DNA of 64,000 nt from an uncultured delta proteobacterium (lineage in GTDB: Bacteria > Myxococcota_A > Polyangia > Fen-1088): positions 512,001-576,000 of the forward strand of contig CAWCMR010000008.1 of NCBI GenBank assembly GCA_963796685.1, in the 5' to 3' direction. Under the pieces are notes generated by a model. That model worked only from the letters and a program-made list of their open reading frames with translations, was not told where the DNA came from and searched no databases. Below, piece after piece: positions 10,666 to 23,117 of this stretch (its first letter is position 1; each line of letters opens with the position of its first letter). A program made the position numbers and the translations under genes.

Positions 10666-11745
10666 GTGAACGACATCGGCATTCGCGCGAAGAAGGTCCT
10701 GCATGCCGTCGTGTCCGAATATCTGGCCACGGGCGAGGCGGTCGGGTCGCAGACCGTGGCGCGTCGCTACGCCCTGGAGATCTCGCCGGCGACGGTTCGC
10801 ACGGTGATGGGAGATCTGGAAAACGAGGGCCTTTTGCGCCATCCGCACACCTCGGCGGGGCGAATTCCGACCGACCGCGGCCTGCGCATCTACGTCGACA
10901 CCCTGCTTCGCGTGCGCAGCCTGTCGGCCTCGGAAAAGGACGACATCCGAGGCCGCCTGGGCCCGACCGCCGAGCTGCAGGAAGTCATGCAGCGCGTGGC
11001 GCGCCTCCTGCGCGAGCTGTCTCACCTGGCCGTGATCGTGCAGGCCCCGCGTCCCGAATCGGATGCCGTGTCGCACGTGGAATTCGTTCGCCTGCGCGAG
11101 GGCCAACTGCTCGCCGTGATCGCGACGGCCAGCGGGCAGATCCAGAACAAGCTCATCCCCATCGACTTTCCCCTGTCACCCGGCGATCTCGATCGCATCA
11201 ACAACTATCTCAACAGCCTGGTGGCCGGCCTCACGCTCGATCAAATGCGCCAGCGCGTGCTGGTGGAGATCGACCGGGAGCGCGAGCGCTCGGCCAGCGA
11301 TCCGGTACTGGCGCACGCCCTCGGGCTGGCGGCGGCGGTGATGCCCATCGCCGCCGCTGCGGGCGAAATCCTGCTCGATGGCCAGTCGAATCTGGTCGCG
11401 GAAGCCGTGGATCTCGACCGTGCACGCTGCGTGCTGCGCACCCTGGAGGAAAAGGATCAGATCGTGAAGCTGCTCGATCGGACCCTGGCCGCACCGGGCA
11501 TTTGCGTGTTCATCGGCAGCGAAGCCAACCTGGCCGACCTGAGCGACATGTCGGTCGTGGCGGCCAGCTACGGCAACGACGAGCGCCCCCTTGGTACCAT
11601 CGGCGTGATCGGCCCCTCGCGAATGAACTATTCTCGGGTCATCCCTCTGGTAGACTTCACCGCCGATGTGATTACAGAGATCCTTCCGAGGATCTCAGGC
11701 ACCCCCACCACCGCCGACCCTCGGTTCGGAGCGTTCTATTCATGA
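10666..11745 (+). CDS. hrcA: Heat-inducible transcription repressor HrcA
   Basis: YLATGEAVGS, SPATVRTVM, PHTSAGRIPTDRGLRIYVD, GVIGPSRMNY. Confidence 0.97.
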   Translation: MNDIGIRAKKVLHAVVSEYLATGEAVGSQTVARRYALEISPATVRTVMGDLENEGLLRHPHTSAGRIPTDRGLRIYVDTLLRVRSLSASEKDDIRGRLGPTAELQEVMQRVARLLRELSHLAVIVQAPRPESDAVSHVEFVRLREGQLLAVIATASGQIQNKLIPIDFPLSPGDLDRINNYLNSLVAGLTLDQMRQRVLVEIDRERERSASDPVLAHALGLAAAVMPIAAAAGEILLDGQSNLVAEAVDLDRARCVLRTLEEKDQIVKLLDRTLAAPGICVFIGSEANLADLSDMSVVAASYGNDERPLGTIGVIGPSRMNYSRVIPLVDFTADVITEILPRISGTPTTADPRFGAFYS

Positions 11746-12425
11746 GTGAAGAAAATCGAGAAAAACCCGTCGAGATTGATTTGACCACCTCGGACGAAGC
11801 TTCGAACGAAGCGTCGAACGAAGCTTCGAGTGATGCCGCGCCCACGAGAGAGCCGGCCTCGCCCCCTCCGGCCCCACCCACCAGCGAGGAGCGCATTGCT
11901 TTGCTCGAGTCGGAAAAGGCCGAGATCAAGGACCGGATGCTTCGCATCGCCGCCGATTTCGACAACTGGAAGAAGCGGTCGCGCAAGGATCTGGCCGACG
12001 GGGAGATACGCGCCAAGGAATCCGTCCTGCGCGACTTCCTGGAAATCGCCGACAACCTCGAACGCGCCACCACCTCTTGGCAAGAAGGAAAGGCGGGCAA
12101 GGACAGCGACGCTAAATCCGTTCGCGATGGGGTCGAGTTGGTCCTGCGCCAATTCCGTTCGAAGCTCGAACGCTACCAGGTGAAACCCATCGAAGCCCTC
12201 GGGCAGCCCTTCGATCCACGCTACCACGAGGCCATCTCGCAGGCGCCCAGCGCGGACGCCAAACCGGGCTCGGTCCTGCACGAGCTGCAAAAGGGCTACT
12301 TCATCGGCGACAAGCTGCTTCGTCCGGCCATGGTCGTCGTGGCCTCGGCCGCACCCGCGGCCAAGCCGGCGGAGGACGACGCTTCTCACAAGCCCGCCTC
12401 GTCCGACTCCGAAGGAGAAGACTGA
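11742..12425 (+). CDS. grpE: Nucleotide exchange factor GrpE
   Basis: [42 protein letters not shown]; ATGA overlap with hrcA. Confidence 0.96.
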   Translation: MSEENREKPVEIDLTTSDEASNEASNEASSDAAPTREPASPPPAPPTSEERIALLESEKAEIKDRMLRIAADFDNWKKRSRKDLADGEIRAKESVLRDFLEIADNLERATTSWQEGKAGKDSDAKSVRDGVELVLRQFRSKLERYQVKPIEALGQPFDPRYHEAISQAPSADAKPGSVLHELQKGYFIGDKLLRPAMVVVASAAPAAKPAEDDASHKPASSDSEGED

Positions 12426-12429
12426 ACCC

Positions 12430-14280
<1,851 letters not shown>

Positions 14281-14288
14281 TCTGCCGC

Positions 14289-15392
14289 ATGCGAGGCGCG
14301 CCAATACGCGATCCCTACGAGGTCCTGAGCGTCGAGCGCCAGGCCACGGCGTCCGAGATCAAGGCCGCGTATCGAAGGCTCGCCTTGCAATACCACCCCG
14401 ACCGCAACCCCGGCGATAAAGCGGCCGAGGAGCACTTCAAGGAAGTCTCGCTGGCCTATGCAGTGCTGGGGGACGAGGCCAAGCGCGCCCACTACAATCG
14501 GTTCGGCGGCATCGCCAGCGACCTCCCCTTCGGCGCCGAGGCGGACATCGCCAAGGTCACCGACTTCTTCGACGCCATCTTCGGCGATTTGTTCGGGACC
14601 GGGCGCAAGCGCACGGCTGGTCACGACCTGCGCTACACCTTGGAGCTGACCTTCGAAGAGGCGGTGCTGGGGTGCGAGAAGGAGATCCGCTTCACCCGCA
14701 CCAGCGACTGCCCGGACTGCCGGGGCACGGGTGCCGAGGGCGGAGCCGCCGGACTTGTCGCTTGCTCGCTTTGCGAGGGCCAGGGATTCGTGCGCCAGAA
14801 GGCGGGCTTCCTTTCCACGCGCCGGGACTGCCAAGCTTGCGGCGGTTCGGGTGAGGTGGCGCGCGTGCGCTGCAAGGTGTGCGCGGGCGCCGGGCTGACG
14901 GAAGCGGAGCGGGTGTTCACGGTACGTATCCCGCCAGGCTCCCATGCCGGCAACACCCAACGCGTGGCCGGCGAGGGCTCGCCCGGCCGGCGTGGAGGAC
15001 CCGCGGGCGATCTGCACGTCATCGTGCGCGTGAAACCCGACCCCCTCTTTCGCGTCGAAGACGACACCCTGGTGTGCGAGGTTCCCCTCTCCGTCGACGA
15101 GGCGGCCCTGGGCACCGAGATCGAAATCCCGCTGCCAGGCGCCCGGGTGCGCATGAAGATCCCCGCCGGCACACAGGCAGGCGGTGTCTTCCGCATCCGC
15201 GGCAAGGGACTGCCGCGTGCCACGGGTGGCGCGCGGGGGGATGCCCATGTGCGCGTCAGTCTGGAAGTCCCCGCGCAAGTGTCCGAAGAGGCGCGCGAGC
15301 TGCTGAAAAAGCTGGACCACGCGCTCGACGATGCCGCCTACCCGCGACGCACGGCCTTTCGTGCCCGTGCGCATGGGCCTCGCGAAGAGTAA
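14289..15392 (+). CDS. dnaJ: Chaperone DnaJ (class A)
   Basis: J domain with HPD, four CxxCxGxG motifs, GDLHV C-terminal domain. Confidence 0.95.
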   Translation: MRGAPIRDPYEVLSVERQATASEIKAAYRRLALQYHPDRNPGDKAAEEHFKEVSLAYAVLGDEAKRAHYNRFGGIASDLPFGAEADIAKVTDFFDAIFGDLFGTGRKRTAGHDLRYTLELTFEEAVLGCEKEIRFTRTSDCPDCRGTGAEGGAAGLVACSLCEGQGFVRQKAGFLSTRRDCQACGGSGEVARVRCKVCAGAGLTEAERVFTVRIPPGSHAGNTQRVAGEGSPGRRGGPAGDLHVIVRVKPDPLFRVEDDTLVCEVPLSVDEAALGTEIEIPLPGARVRMKIPAGTQAGGVFRIRGKGLPRATGGARGDAHVRVSLEVPAQVSEEARELLKKLDHALDDAAYPRRTAFRARAHGPREE

Positions 15393-15401
15393 AACAGGAC
15401 C

Positions 15402-16370
15402 ATGCCAATCCTGAATGTCGCGCTCTTTCTGACCACCCTGCTCACCACCACGATTCAGGGCGCGGTCATGCAGCACGGCACGTCCAGCATCTTTCCACTC
15501 AGCGACGGGCTCAGCTTTTCCATTCCCCTCATGGCCATCCTGCTGTGCCACGAGATGGGGCACTACATCGCGGCCCGCATTCACCACGTCCCTGCCTCGC
15601 TGCCCTACTTCGTGCCGCTGCCGCCGTTCATCGGCCTTTTCGGCACCATGGGCGCCGTCATCCTGCAATCGCGCACCACCGATCGCCGCAAGCTCATCGA
15701 CATCGGCGCCGCCGGACCCTTGGCCGGTCTCATCGTCGCCATCCCGGTGCTCGCCTATGGCCTGCACCTTTCCCAGGTCGGCCCCGTCGGGGGGGGGATC
15801 CAGGAAGGCAATTCGCTGCTCTACGCCGTGCTCAAGCGTTTGGTGTGCGGCGCCTGGCTGCCCGACCGTGGCGTCGACGTCAACCTCCATCCCATCGCCT
15901 TCGCGGGGTGGGCCGGACTGTTCGTGACGATGCTCAACCTGATTCCCATCAGCCAGCTCGACGGTGGCCACGTCGCCATCGCGTTCTTCGGCAACAGCTA
16001 CGGTCGCGCCAGCCAGTTTCTGCGCAAGATGCTCTTGCCCCTCGCGGCGGGCGTGACCCTGGCAGTGTATTACACCACGACCCGAGAGCTGGTGCGCGCC
16101 GGGTTGGAAGGCAGGATCTCGCCCTGGACCGTCGCCATCCCCGCGGGTTTGCAGTGGCTCATCTGGTACGTAATGCTGGGACTGCTCCGTCGCCTCTCCG
16201 GCGGGATCGATCACCCACCCGTGGACGACCGGCCACTGCCGCGCAGCCGCGCCCGCCTCTTCTGGACCGTGGTGGCAAGCTTCGTGCTGATCTTCATGCC
16301 CGTCCCCATCCGCACCAACATCGGCGCCGTGGCCAGTCCGCAAGTCGAGGCCACGACGGTGGCGCGGTAG
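15402..16370 (+). CDS. Site-2 protease (M50 family) membrane metalloprotease
   Basis: HEMGH, AGPLAG, NLIPISQLDGGH, several TM helices. Confidence 0.93.
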   Translation: MPILNVALFLTTLLTTTIQGAVMQHGTSSIFPLSDGLSFSIPLMAILLCHEMGHYIAARIHHVPASLPYFVPLPPFIGLFGTMGAVILQSRTTDRRKLIDIGAAGPLAGLIVAIPVLAYGLHLSQVGPVGGGIQEGNSLLYAVLKRLVCGAWLPDRGVDVNLHPIAFAGWAGLFVTMLNLIPISQLDGGHVAIAFFGNSYGRASQFLRKMLLPLAAGVTLAVYYTTTRELVRAGLEGRISPWTVAIPAGLQWLIWYVMLGLLRRLSGGIDHPPVDDRPLPRSRARLFWTVVASFVLIFMPVPIRTNIGAVASPQVEATTVAR

Positions 16371-16402
16371 AAGCGGACCAAGTCCCTCGGCACGGGACTC
16401 GT

Positions 16403-16474
16403 GACCTGCTCCCAGGGGATGGTCTTCGCCCTTCCCGCGTTCAGCTCTTTCACCCTGCGGTCGAGCTCGGCGGC
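16403..16474 (-). pseudogene. Fragment of a putative addiction-module antitoxin
   Basis: AAELDRRVKELNAGRAKTIPWEQV matches the C-terminal pattern of 'putative addiction module component' proteins; no N-terminus. Confidence 0.55.
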
Positions 16475-16484
16475 CCTTGTCGCC

Positions 16485-16750
16485 CCCCAAGGGAGTGCGG
16501 CCCTTCTCCTGGTTGGCGGCGTAGGCGGCAGCGTCAATCTCGCGGACGACGCGATGGTAGTGGGCCTGCTGCTGGTCAGCCGTCATGTCGAGGACGCAGG
16601 GCAAGGGCGTCAGCTTGACGTCGAAGGTGGTCGTGAAATCGCCAGGCTTGATGTCTTTGCCCGCGGCGCGGGCACGGTACTCGCCAGAGCGGTCGTGCCA
16701 GGTGCCGCGAAGGAGGTCGCCATGGGTGAGGGCGGCAATGCAGTTGGCGA
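16485..16750 (-). pseudogene. Internal fragment of a REP-associated tyrosine transposase (RAYT/Y1)-like gene
   Basis: NCIAALTHGDLLRGTWHDRSGEYRARAAG...DVKLTPLPC...GRTPLG resembles, from recall, the region after the catalytic domain of long RAYTs; HUH motif absent. Confidence 0.5.
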
Positions 16751-16971
16751 CCGGGCCAGTCGCCTGCGGCCGCGACCAGCCCCTCTTTTGCCCCGTGGGA
16801 AAAGTGCCCAAACCTTTGGTCGCAAGGGGACAGAGATGCAACTGCTAACTTCCCCTCTCCCTTTGGCTCCCTTTGGGAGATGCCTGGCGGGCATCCCCGT
16901 GACGGAAGTCGTCCCCCGCTGCCACTGCCGGTCCAACCGGTTTTCTCAGTACTCGCGCCTGGAGGGATCGA

Positions 16972-18324
16972 ATGTCCACGTGTCGAATTTTGGTAACCAT
17001 GCTCGCAATTACCGCCGCTGCCTGTTCATCGAGCACCGAGGGAGGATCGGGGGGAAGTGGCTCAGGAGGAAAAACGGGCCAGGGCGGCGCGTCTGGCGGA
17101 ACCCCCGGCTCCGGCGGCCAATCGAGCACGGGTGGCTCTTCCGCGTCTGGCGGAAAACCTGGCACGGGCGGAAGCGGCTCGGGTGGCTCTTCCGCGTCCG
17201 GCGGAAAACCTGGCACGGGCGGAAGCGGCTCGGGCGGCCAGCCGTCGACCGGTGGCGCTCCCGGTTCGGGCGGATCGTCTGGGACCGGTGGAACGTCGAA
17301 GGCCCAATCGGGCGGCACGAGCGGCCAATCCTTGGGTGGAAGTGTCGGGAGCGGCGGCGCCGCGGCTGGCGGTAGCAGTGGAACCGGGGGCAGCGGGGTC
17401 GATGCTGGCGACAATCCCGGCGGCGCTGCGCAGCCGAGCGCAGGATGCGGTAAGACCGACGGCCTGAAGACCCTTACGACCGGCGGCTCGTCGGTTTCGG
17501 GCGCTCCCAGCACGTCGACCAGACTCAAGGGGGTTACGAGCGGCGGCAAGAGTCGCCTCGCCATCCTCGACGTACCGGCGGATTACGATCCATCGAAACC
17601 CTATCGCCTGATCTTCTCCTGGCGCCAGATGGGTGGTTCAGACACCGGCAACGCGACGGGCCTACACCCCGCTGGTGACGGACCCAACTTCGATGCCGAA
17701 CACTATGCGTATTTCGGGCTCCGTCGCGAAGCGCTCAATGCGAAGCAACCCGCCATCTTCATAGCGCCCGACACGGACCCCGCCGGTTCGCTATGGGATT
17801 ACAACAAGGACAGCGTTTACTTCGACGACCTGCTCAAGCTGCTCACCGACAACCTGTGCATCGACGAGAGTCGGGTCTTCACCACCGGCTTCAGCTACGG
17901 AGCGATGATGAGCTACGGTCTGTCGAACGGGCGTGCCTCGAAGCTGCGCGCGGCTGTCACGATGGCACCGAGCCAATTCGGCCCGAGCACCGCGAGTGGT
18001 CCCATCGCCTATATGAGCACGACCGGCATGAGCGATGGCACGTGTTCGTGGGGCAACGACACGAGCGGCGGGAAGGGATGCGTCATGACACACGCCAAGG
18101 CCAATGGCTGTACGATTCCCTCGACGTTCCCGACGGCGGCGGTGGGCAGCAAGAAGTACGTCTGCTACGACTTCGAAGGGTGCAAGGCGGGCTATCCTGT
18201 CAAGGTGTGCACGTTCGATGGCCCGCATACGCCGTCGAGCGTGGATGACGGGACCCAGGTCGGGGAAGATGGCGCGAAGGCCTTCATTCCCCCGATCGCC
18301 TGGAAGTTCATCTCGCAGTTCTAA
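16972..18324 (+). CDS. Lipoprotein with Gly/Ser linker and alpha/beta-hydrolase (feruloyl esterase/PHB-depolymerase-like) domain
   Basis: Lipobox TAAAC, PSAGCGK, VPADYDPSKPYRLIF, CIDESRVFTTGFSYGAMMS (GxSxG), CTFDGPH. Confidence 0.85.
   Translation: MSTCRILVTMLAITAAACSSSTEGGSGGSGSGGKTGQGGASGGTPGSGGQSSTGGSSASGGKPGTGGSGSGGSSASGGKPGTGGSGSGGQPSTGGAPGSGGSSGTGGTSKAQSGGTSGQSLGGSVGSGGAAAGGSSGTGGSGVDAGDNPGGAAQPSAGCGKTDGLKTLTTGGSSVSGAPSTSTRLKGVTSGGKSRLAILDVPADYDPSKPYRLIFSWRQMGGSDTGNATGLHPAGDGPNFDAEHYAYFGLRREALNAKQPAIFIAPDTDPAGSLWDYNKDSVYFDDLLKLLTDNLCIDESRVFTTGFSYGAMMSYGLSNGRASKLRAAVTMAPSQFGPSTASGPIAYMSTTGMSDGTCSWGNDTSGGKGCVMTHAKANGCTIPSTFPTAAVGSKKYVCYDFEGCKAGYPVKVCTFDGPHTPSSVDDGTQVGEDGAKAFIPPIAWKFISQF
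17130..17231 (+). repeat. 51-bp coding tandem duplication in the Gly/Ser linker
   Basis: Two copies of gggtggctcttccgcgtcYggcggaaaacctggcacgggcggaagcggctc, one mismatch. Confidence 0.9.
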
Positions 18325-18394
18325 CTTCGCCCCTTCTATCGAGTGGGCTTGGTGCCCTGGTCATCTACCCGATAGGGCTCGGAAATCCGCGCCC

Positions 18395-19600
18395 CTACCC
18401 GCGCCGACCACCGCCGCCGCCCGTGGTCGCGGCGCCGGTGGTGAAGGTCCAATCGAAGCTGACGCTGCCCGAGGAGGTGGTACCGGTGATGGTCACGCGA
18501 TAGGTGGTGTTGGCGGTGAGGGGCGCGTCGGTGTAGAGCACCTTGGCCGTCGAACCGAGGGTGCTATCGCCGTCGAGCCACTGGTGCGCCAGCGGCGTGG
18601 CGGTGCCGTCGACGACGATCTGGTGGCTGCTGACGGTGATGCCCTGGCCATAGAGTGTGACGGGATAGCCGCTCGGCCAACCCGTGGACGGCACGGGCGG
18701 CGTCGGGCCCTCCTGGGCGCCGTTGAACGACAGCGGCACGCCGGTCTGGCCGTCGTAAGGATAGACCGCGGTCACGGTCTTGGCCGTCGACGTGCCGGGG
18801 CCGAAGTCGATGGTGTCGCAGCCGGTGCCGCCGCCGTAGCCCATGTCGCGATACCAGGGCGAGAGCACCGGCGTGCGGTGGTAGACGGAATCGATGAAGG
18901 TCTTCACCGCGCCCGCCGGGTTGCCGAGGAAGGCCATGCACTCGCTCCAGCCGTTGCCGCTGTACCCGGCGGCCTTGATGCGGGCGCCCGGGTCGGCACC
19001 CGTGAACTGCGGACAACCCGAGACTTCATTGTGTGCGCTCGAAGCCTGGCAAGTCGAGCTGCCTTGGTTGGTGGTGTAGTAGTTGCAGTGATTCTGGGCC
19101 GACGTGCACAAAGTCAGAACCAGCGCAGCGCAAGGGACGCCCATGGCCACGCGCGCGGCGTTCTCCGCATTGAGCGCGGTAACGGCATCCGCCGGCGCGT
19201 CCGCGGGCGGCGCGGGACATTCGGCCGGCCCGCCGACCTCGGCCACCTCAGCCCCGGCATCGCGAATGCCGCTGGTGCCCCCCGTCCCAAGAGCGCCACT
19301 GCCGCCTGAGCTTGAAATCCCCCCAAATCCTCGAGTCCCACCAGCGGCGGCGTCTCCCGTCGAGGCAGCACCGCCCGTCGAGGGGACGCCGCCCGTCGAC
19401 ACCATCCCGCCCGAGGAGACGGCGCCCCCGGCAGACACGGTCCCCCCGGTCGATATGCCGCCACCGCTGGACTGGGCACCGCCTGACGACAACGCGCCAC
19501 CAGTTCCCGACGAAGTACCGCCCCCACCGCAACTGGCAAGCGCCAGCCCGGTCAGAATTCGCGCCAAGAGTCCCAAACCGTTCGCGCCCGGTTTCCTCAT
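18395..19600 (-). CDS. CAP (SCP) domain lipoprotein with Gly-rich linker and C-terminal Ig-like module
   Basis: Lipobox LALASC, NAARVAMG, SAQNHCNY, HNE, DSVYHRTPVL, MGYG. Confidence 0.85.
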   Translation of the reverse strand: MRKPGANGLGLLARILTGLALASCGGGGTSSGTGGALSSGGAQSSGGGISTGGTVSAGGAVSSGGMVSTGGVPSTGGAASTGDAAAGGTRGFGGISSSGGSGALGTGGTSGIRDAGAEVAEVGGPAECPAPPADAPADAVTALNAENAARVAMGVPCAALVLTLCTSAQNHCNYYTTNQGSSTCQASSAHNEVSGCPQFTGADPGARIKAAGYSGNGWSECMAFLGNPAGAVKTFIDSVYHRTPVLSPWYRDMGYGGGTGCDTIDFGPGTSTAKTVTAVYPYDGQTGVPLSFNGAQEGPTPPVPSTGWPSGYPVTLYGQGITVSSHQIVVDGTATPLAHQWLDGDSTLGSTAKVLYTDAPLTANTTYRVTITGTTSSGSVSFDWTFTTGAATTGGGGGRRG

Positions 19601-19723
19601 GTGCAGCTCCTCCATGACTTTCACGTTGGGGCCGCGGCGAGCGGAGCATTCAGCACGGCATTTCACGCCCTGGTTTCCGCGCCCGCTTGCGCCAACTGGA
19701 AGGCCCGGCCATTTGCCCTTATC

Positions 19724-20197
19724 ATGCTGGAAATGCCATCGAGCGAGCCCCAAATCGCGCCCGGCTGTCCCAAATGCGGCAAGAAACGGCCGCCCGAGGC
19801 CGAAGCCTGTCCCCGCTGCGGTTTGGTCTTCGCGTTGTGGAAAGAAGATGCCGCGCCCATGGCTCCGCTGGACAGCCGCGGCGGCGAGCTGTGGCAAGAG
19901 TTGCAGGCGCATTGGAGCGATTCGGTCCGCCATGAGGACTTTCTCAAGCATTGCCTGCAAACCGACACCCTGGCCGCGGCCGGCCGCCTCTACCGCGAGC
20001 GCCTCGACGAGAACCCACGCGACGCCGTGGCCGCGCAGATGCAAGCGCAGATCCTCACCAAGGCCACGCTCTCCCTCAGCATCAACAAGAGTCAGCCCCC
20101 CGAGATCATGACCCGCAGCCGCTGGTTCTGGGCGGTCGTTCTCGTCGCCATGGCCCTCGGAATCGCCGGAGGCCTGTTCTGGCGCCGGCTGCGCTAG
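19724..20197 (+). CDS. Hypothetical protein with N-terminal zinc ribbon and C-terminal TM helix
   Basis: CPKCG...CPRCG, hydrophobic C-terminus followed by RRLR. Confidence 0.7.
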   Translation: MLEMPSSEPQIAPGCPKCGKKRPPEAEACPRCGLVFALWKEDAAPMAPLDSRGGELWQELQAHWSDSVRHEDFLKHCLQTDTLAAAGRLYRERLDENPRDAVAAQMQAQILTKATLSLSINKSQPPEIMTRSRWFWAVVLVAMALGIAGGLFWRRLR

Positions 20198-20329
20198 TCC
20201 GCTCCGGAAAACACCTGATCACCGTCGACCGCCTCAGCAGATTCGAAGCCTTCTGTCGTCCTATTTTCCACCAGGCCCATCCCCAGCGTAGCCCTTGGGC
20301 TGCGTCACGGCTACACTCTTGCCCCTTCC

Positions 20330-20860
20330 ATGAAGGTCCCCGGTTTCGACATGTCCCTCGACGAGGTCAAGGCCAGCCTCGAGCCGCTGCGTCGGCCCCT
20401 CAGCATCGCCATCCTGCGCGCACGCAATCCCTTCAATGTCGGCGCCATCATTCGCGTGGCCCATTCCTTCCTGGTCAAACGCATCCTCCTCGTGGGCGAC
20501 GAGCCCTTCTACCAGCGTGCGGCCATGGGCATGCAGCGGTACGAGAACGTGATCTACCTGCCCGACGAGGAATCGCTGATCCCGTGGTCGCGCGAGCACG
20601 AAATCCCCATGCTGGTCTTCGAGCGCGAGCACGCCCGCGTGGACCTGTGGCGGGCGGAGCTGCCCGAGGAGTGCCTGATGGTCTTTGGCAGCGAGACCAC
20701 CGGCGTGCCCGACTCGCTGGTCGCAGCCGCCCACCAAGTCGTGGCGATTCCCATGTACGGCATCAACAATTCCTTTCCCGTCACGGTGGCGGCCGGGATC
20801 GCCATGGCAGAATGGACGCGCAGGCACTTCGTCGTCCACAGCATCGGAGGTCGTCCGTGA
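20330..20860 (+). CDS. SpoU/TrmH family RNA methyltransferase
   Basis: NPFNVGAIIR, VFGSETTGV, IPMYGINNSFPVTVAAGI. Confidence 0.92.
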   Translation: MKVPGFDMSLDEVKASLEPLRRPLSIAILRARNPFNVGAIIRVAHSFLVKRILLVGDEPFYQRAAMGMQRYENVIYLPDEESLIPWSREHEIPMLVFEREHARVDLWRAELPEECLMVFGSETTGVPDSLVAAAHQVVAIPMYGINNSFPVTVAAGIAMAEWTRRHFVVHSIGGRP

Positions 20861-21630
20861 TTCCCTATTTCGCGCAGCCCCAGCTTCACCTCGGTCCCAT
20901 CACCATCCATGCCTTCGGGGTGCTGGTGGCAACCGGGATCCTCCTCGCCTTCCGCATCATTCGCCAGCGCGCGGCCAAGCAGGGACTGGATCCGGTGCTG
21001 GCCGAACGCCTGGCCATGCGCATGGTCATCATCGGTTTCATCTCCGCGCACATCGTGGATCGCATCGCCTACTTTCCCCGCGATGTGCTCGCCAACCCGC
21101 TCAGCCTGCTCTGGATATGGCAGAGCATCAGCTCGTTCGGCGGCATCCTGGGCGGAACCCTGGTCGCGGTGTGGTTCGTCCGCCGCCAGAAGACCGGGGC
21201 GCTCGGTTGGCGCTACCTCGATCTTGTCGCCTATGCCTTTCCCTCGGCCTGGCTGTTCGGCCGCATGGGCTGCGCGGTGGCGTTCGATCATCCGGGTTAC
21301 CGAACGACCTTCTTCCTCGCCGAACGCTACACGGACAACGTCGTCCGCCACAACCTGGGGCTCGACGAGGCCCTGTGCATCATCCCCCTGGTCGTGCTCT
21401 TCCACTGGCTGGACAAGGGCAAGCCACGCAAGCCCGGCTTCTACGTCGGTCTGCTCGCCCTCGCCTACGCACCCGTACGCTTTCTCCTCGATTTCCTCCG
21501 CTGGGACGACGCACGCTATTTCGGATTCACGCCCGGGCAATACGGCTCGGTGTTGCTGGCGGGGATTGGCTGGCTCGTCTTGCACTGGGCCTCGCAACGC
21601 AAGGACACCTCCACCACGGAGAAAGGTTGA
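20857..21630 (+). CDS. lgt: Prolipoprotein diacylglyceryl transferase (Lgt family)
   Basis: [31 protein letters not shown]; GTGA overlap with upstream gene. Confidence 0.88.
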   Translation: MIPYFAQPQLHLGPITIHAFGVLVATGILLAFRIIRQRAAKQGLDPVLAERLAMRMVIIGFISAHIVDRIAYFPRDVLANPLSLLWIWQSISSFGGILGGTLVAVWFVRRQKTGALGWRYLDLVAYAFPSAWLFGRMGCAVAFDHPGYRTTFFLAERYTDNVVRHNLGLDEALCIIPLVVLFHWLDKGKPRKPGFYVGLLALAYAPVRFLLDFLRWDDARYFGFTPGQYGSVLLAGIGWLVLHWASQRKDTSTTEKG

Positions 21631-21673
21631 TCCCGGGCGACGAGAAGGTGGGCACTATCCTTCGACGAGCGGG

Positions 21674-23099
21674 TCAGCCCTTCACGCAGGCGAGCGGAAG
21701 CAGGCGCGCGACCTTGCCGGCCAGGCCCGCGCTCGCCGCGGCGTCGACCACCTGGTCGATGTCCTTGTAGGCGCCGGGCGCCTCCTCGGCCAGGCCGCGC
21801 ATGGACGGGCTGCGCAGGAAGATGCCCTGGCCGGCCAGCTCGCGCACGATGGCGTTGCCTTTCCAGCGCCGGGTCGCCTCGTGGCGGCTCAGGGTGCGGC
21901 CGGCACCGTGCACGGCCGATGCGAAGGCGGTACCGGCGTCGCCGCCGGCTAGCACGTACGAAGCGGTACCCATGCTGCCGCCGACCAGCACCGGTTGGCC
22001 GAGCGAGCGATACGGCTCTGGCAGGTCGGGGTGGCCGGGGCCGAAGGCGCGCGTGGCGCCCTTGCGATGGACGAACAAACGGCGCGGCGAACCGTCTACC
22101 GGATGGACCTCCTCTTTGCAGGTGTTGTGCGAGACATCGTAGAGCAGCGTCAGGCGCGCCGAGGGAAACAGGTCGGCAAAGGCGGCACGGGCGAACTGCG
22201 TGAGCACCTCGCGGTTGGCCATCGCGCAGTTGATGGCGGCGCGCATGGCACCGAGGTAAGCGCGACCGAGCTTGGACGCGAGCGGGGCACAGGCCAGCTC
22301 GCGCTCGGGCAGCTCGAGCCCGTGTGGCTTCGCCTCGGCGAGCATGGTCTTGAGGTAGTCGGTGCCGATCTGGTGCCCGAGACCGCGCGAGCCGCAGTGG
22401 ATGCTCAGCACGACGTCGCCGGCTCGCAAGCCGTAGGCCGCGGCGGCTTCCTCGTGGTGGATGGACTCGACCGCTTGTACCTCGAGGTAGTGATTGCCGG
22501 ACCCGAGGGTGCCGAGCTGGTGGTGCTGGCGCTGCTTGGCCTCGGGCGAGACCGCGTCCGGATCGGCGCCCGCCACGCAGCCGCGTTCTTCCATGAAGGC
22601 GAGGTCGGCGGTCTCGCCGTAACCGTGCGCGACCGCCCAGCCCGCCCCGCGCAGCATCAGAATCCTCGAGGTCGCCCGGGCCGAGGCGGATGCGGCTGGT
22701 GCTGCCCACGCCGCACGGGATCACGCGAAAGAGCCCATCGGCCAGCTCTGCGAGTCGCGGGCGCACCTCGTCGATCGACAGCCCGGTGCGCAGGGTGCGC
22801 ACGCCGCACGAGATGTCGAATCCCACGCCGCCGGCCGAGACCACGCCGTCCGCCTCGGGATCGAAGGCGCCCACGCCGCCGATGGGAAAGCCGTAGCCCC
22901 AGTGCGCGTCCGGCATGGCGAAGGATGCGCCGACGATGCCGGGCAAGGCCGCGACGTTGGCGACCTGCTCGGCCACCTTGTCGTCCATGCCTTCGAGCAG
23001 CTCTGCCGTGGCGTAGAGGATGCCCGGCACGCGCATGCGGCCGGCGCGCGGCAGCCACCATTCGGTCGCGGACTTGCGGACGAGCTGGCGCAGCTTCAT
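21674..23099 (-). CDS. rtcB: RNA 3'-phosphate/5'-OH ligase RtcB, interrupted by a one-base frameshift near 22660
   Basis: N-part [24 protein letters not shown]; C-part [46 protein letters not shown]; junction GAG GAT T CTG ATG has one extra base. Confidence 0.92.
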
Positions 23100-23117
23100 G
23101 CAGGAAATTCTACTGCG

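Noticed and set aside
16790-16880. c-di-GMP-I riboswitch-like sequence (caaacc...ggggac)
   Set aside because: Lacks the GNRA tetraloop and the GCAAAGCC/P2 elements
22640-22690. Programmed ribosomal frameshift in rtcB
   Set aside because: No slippery heptamer at the junction, and other single-base indels in the window point to assembly error
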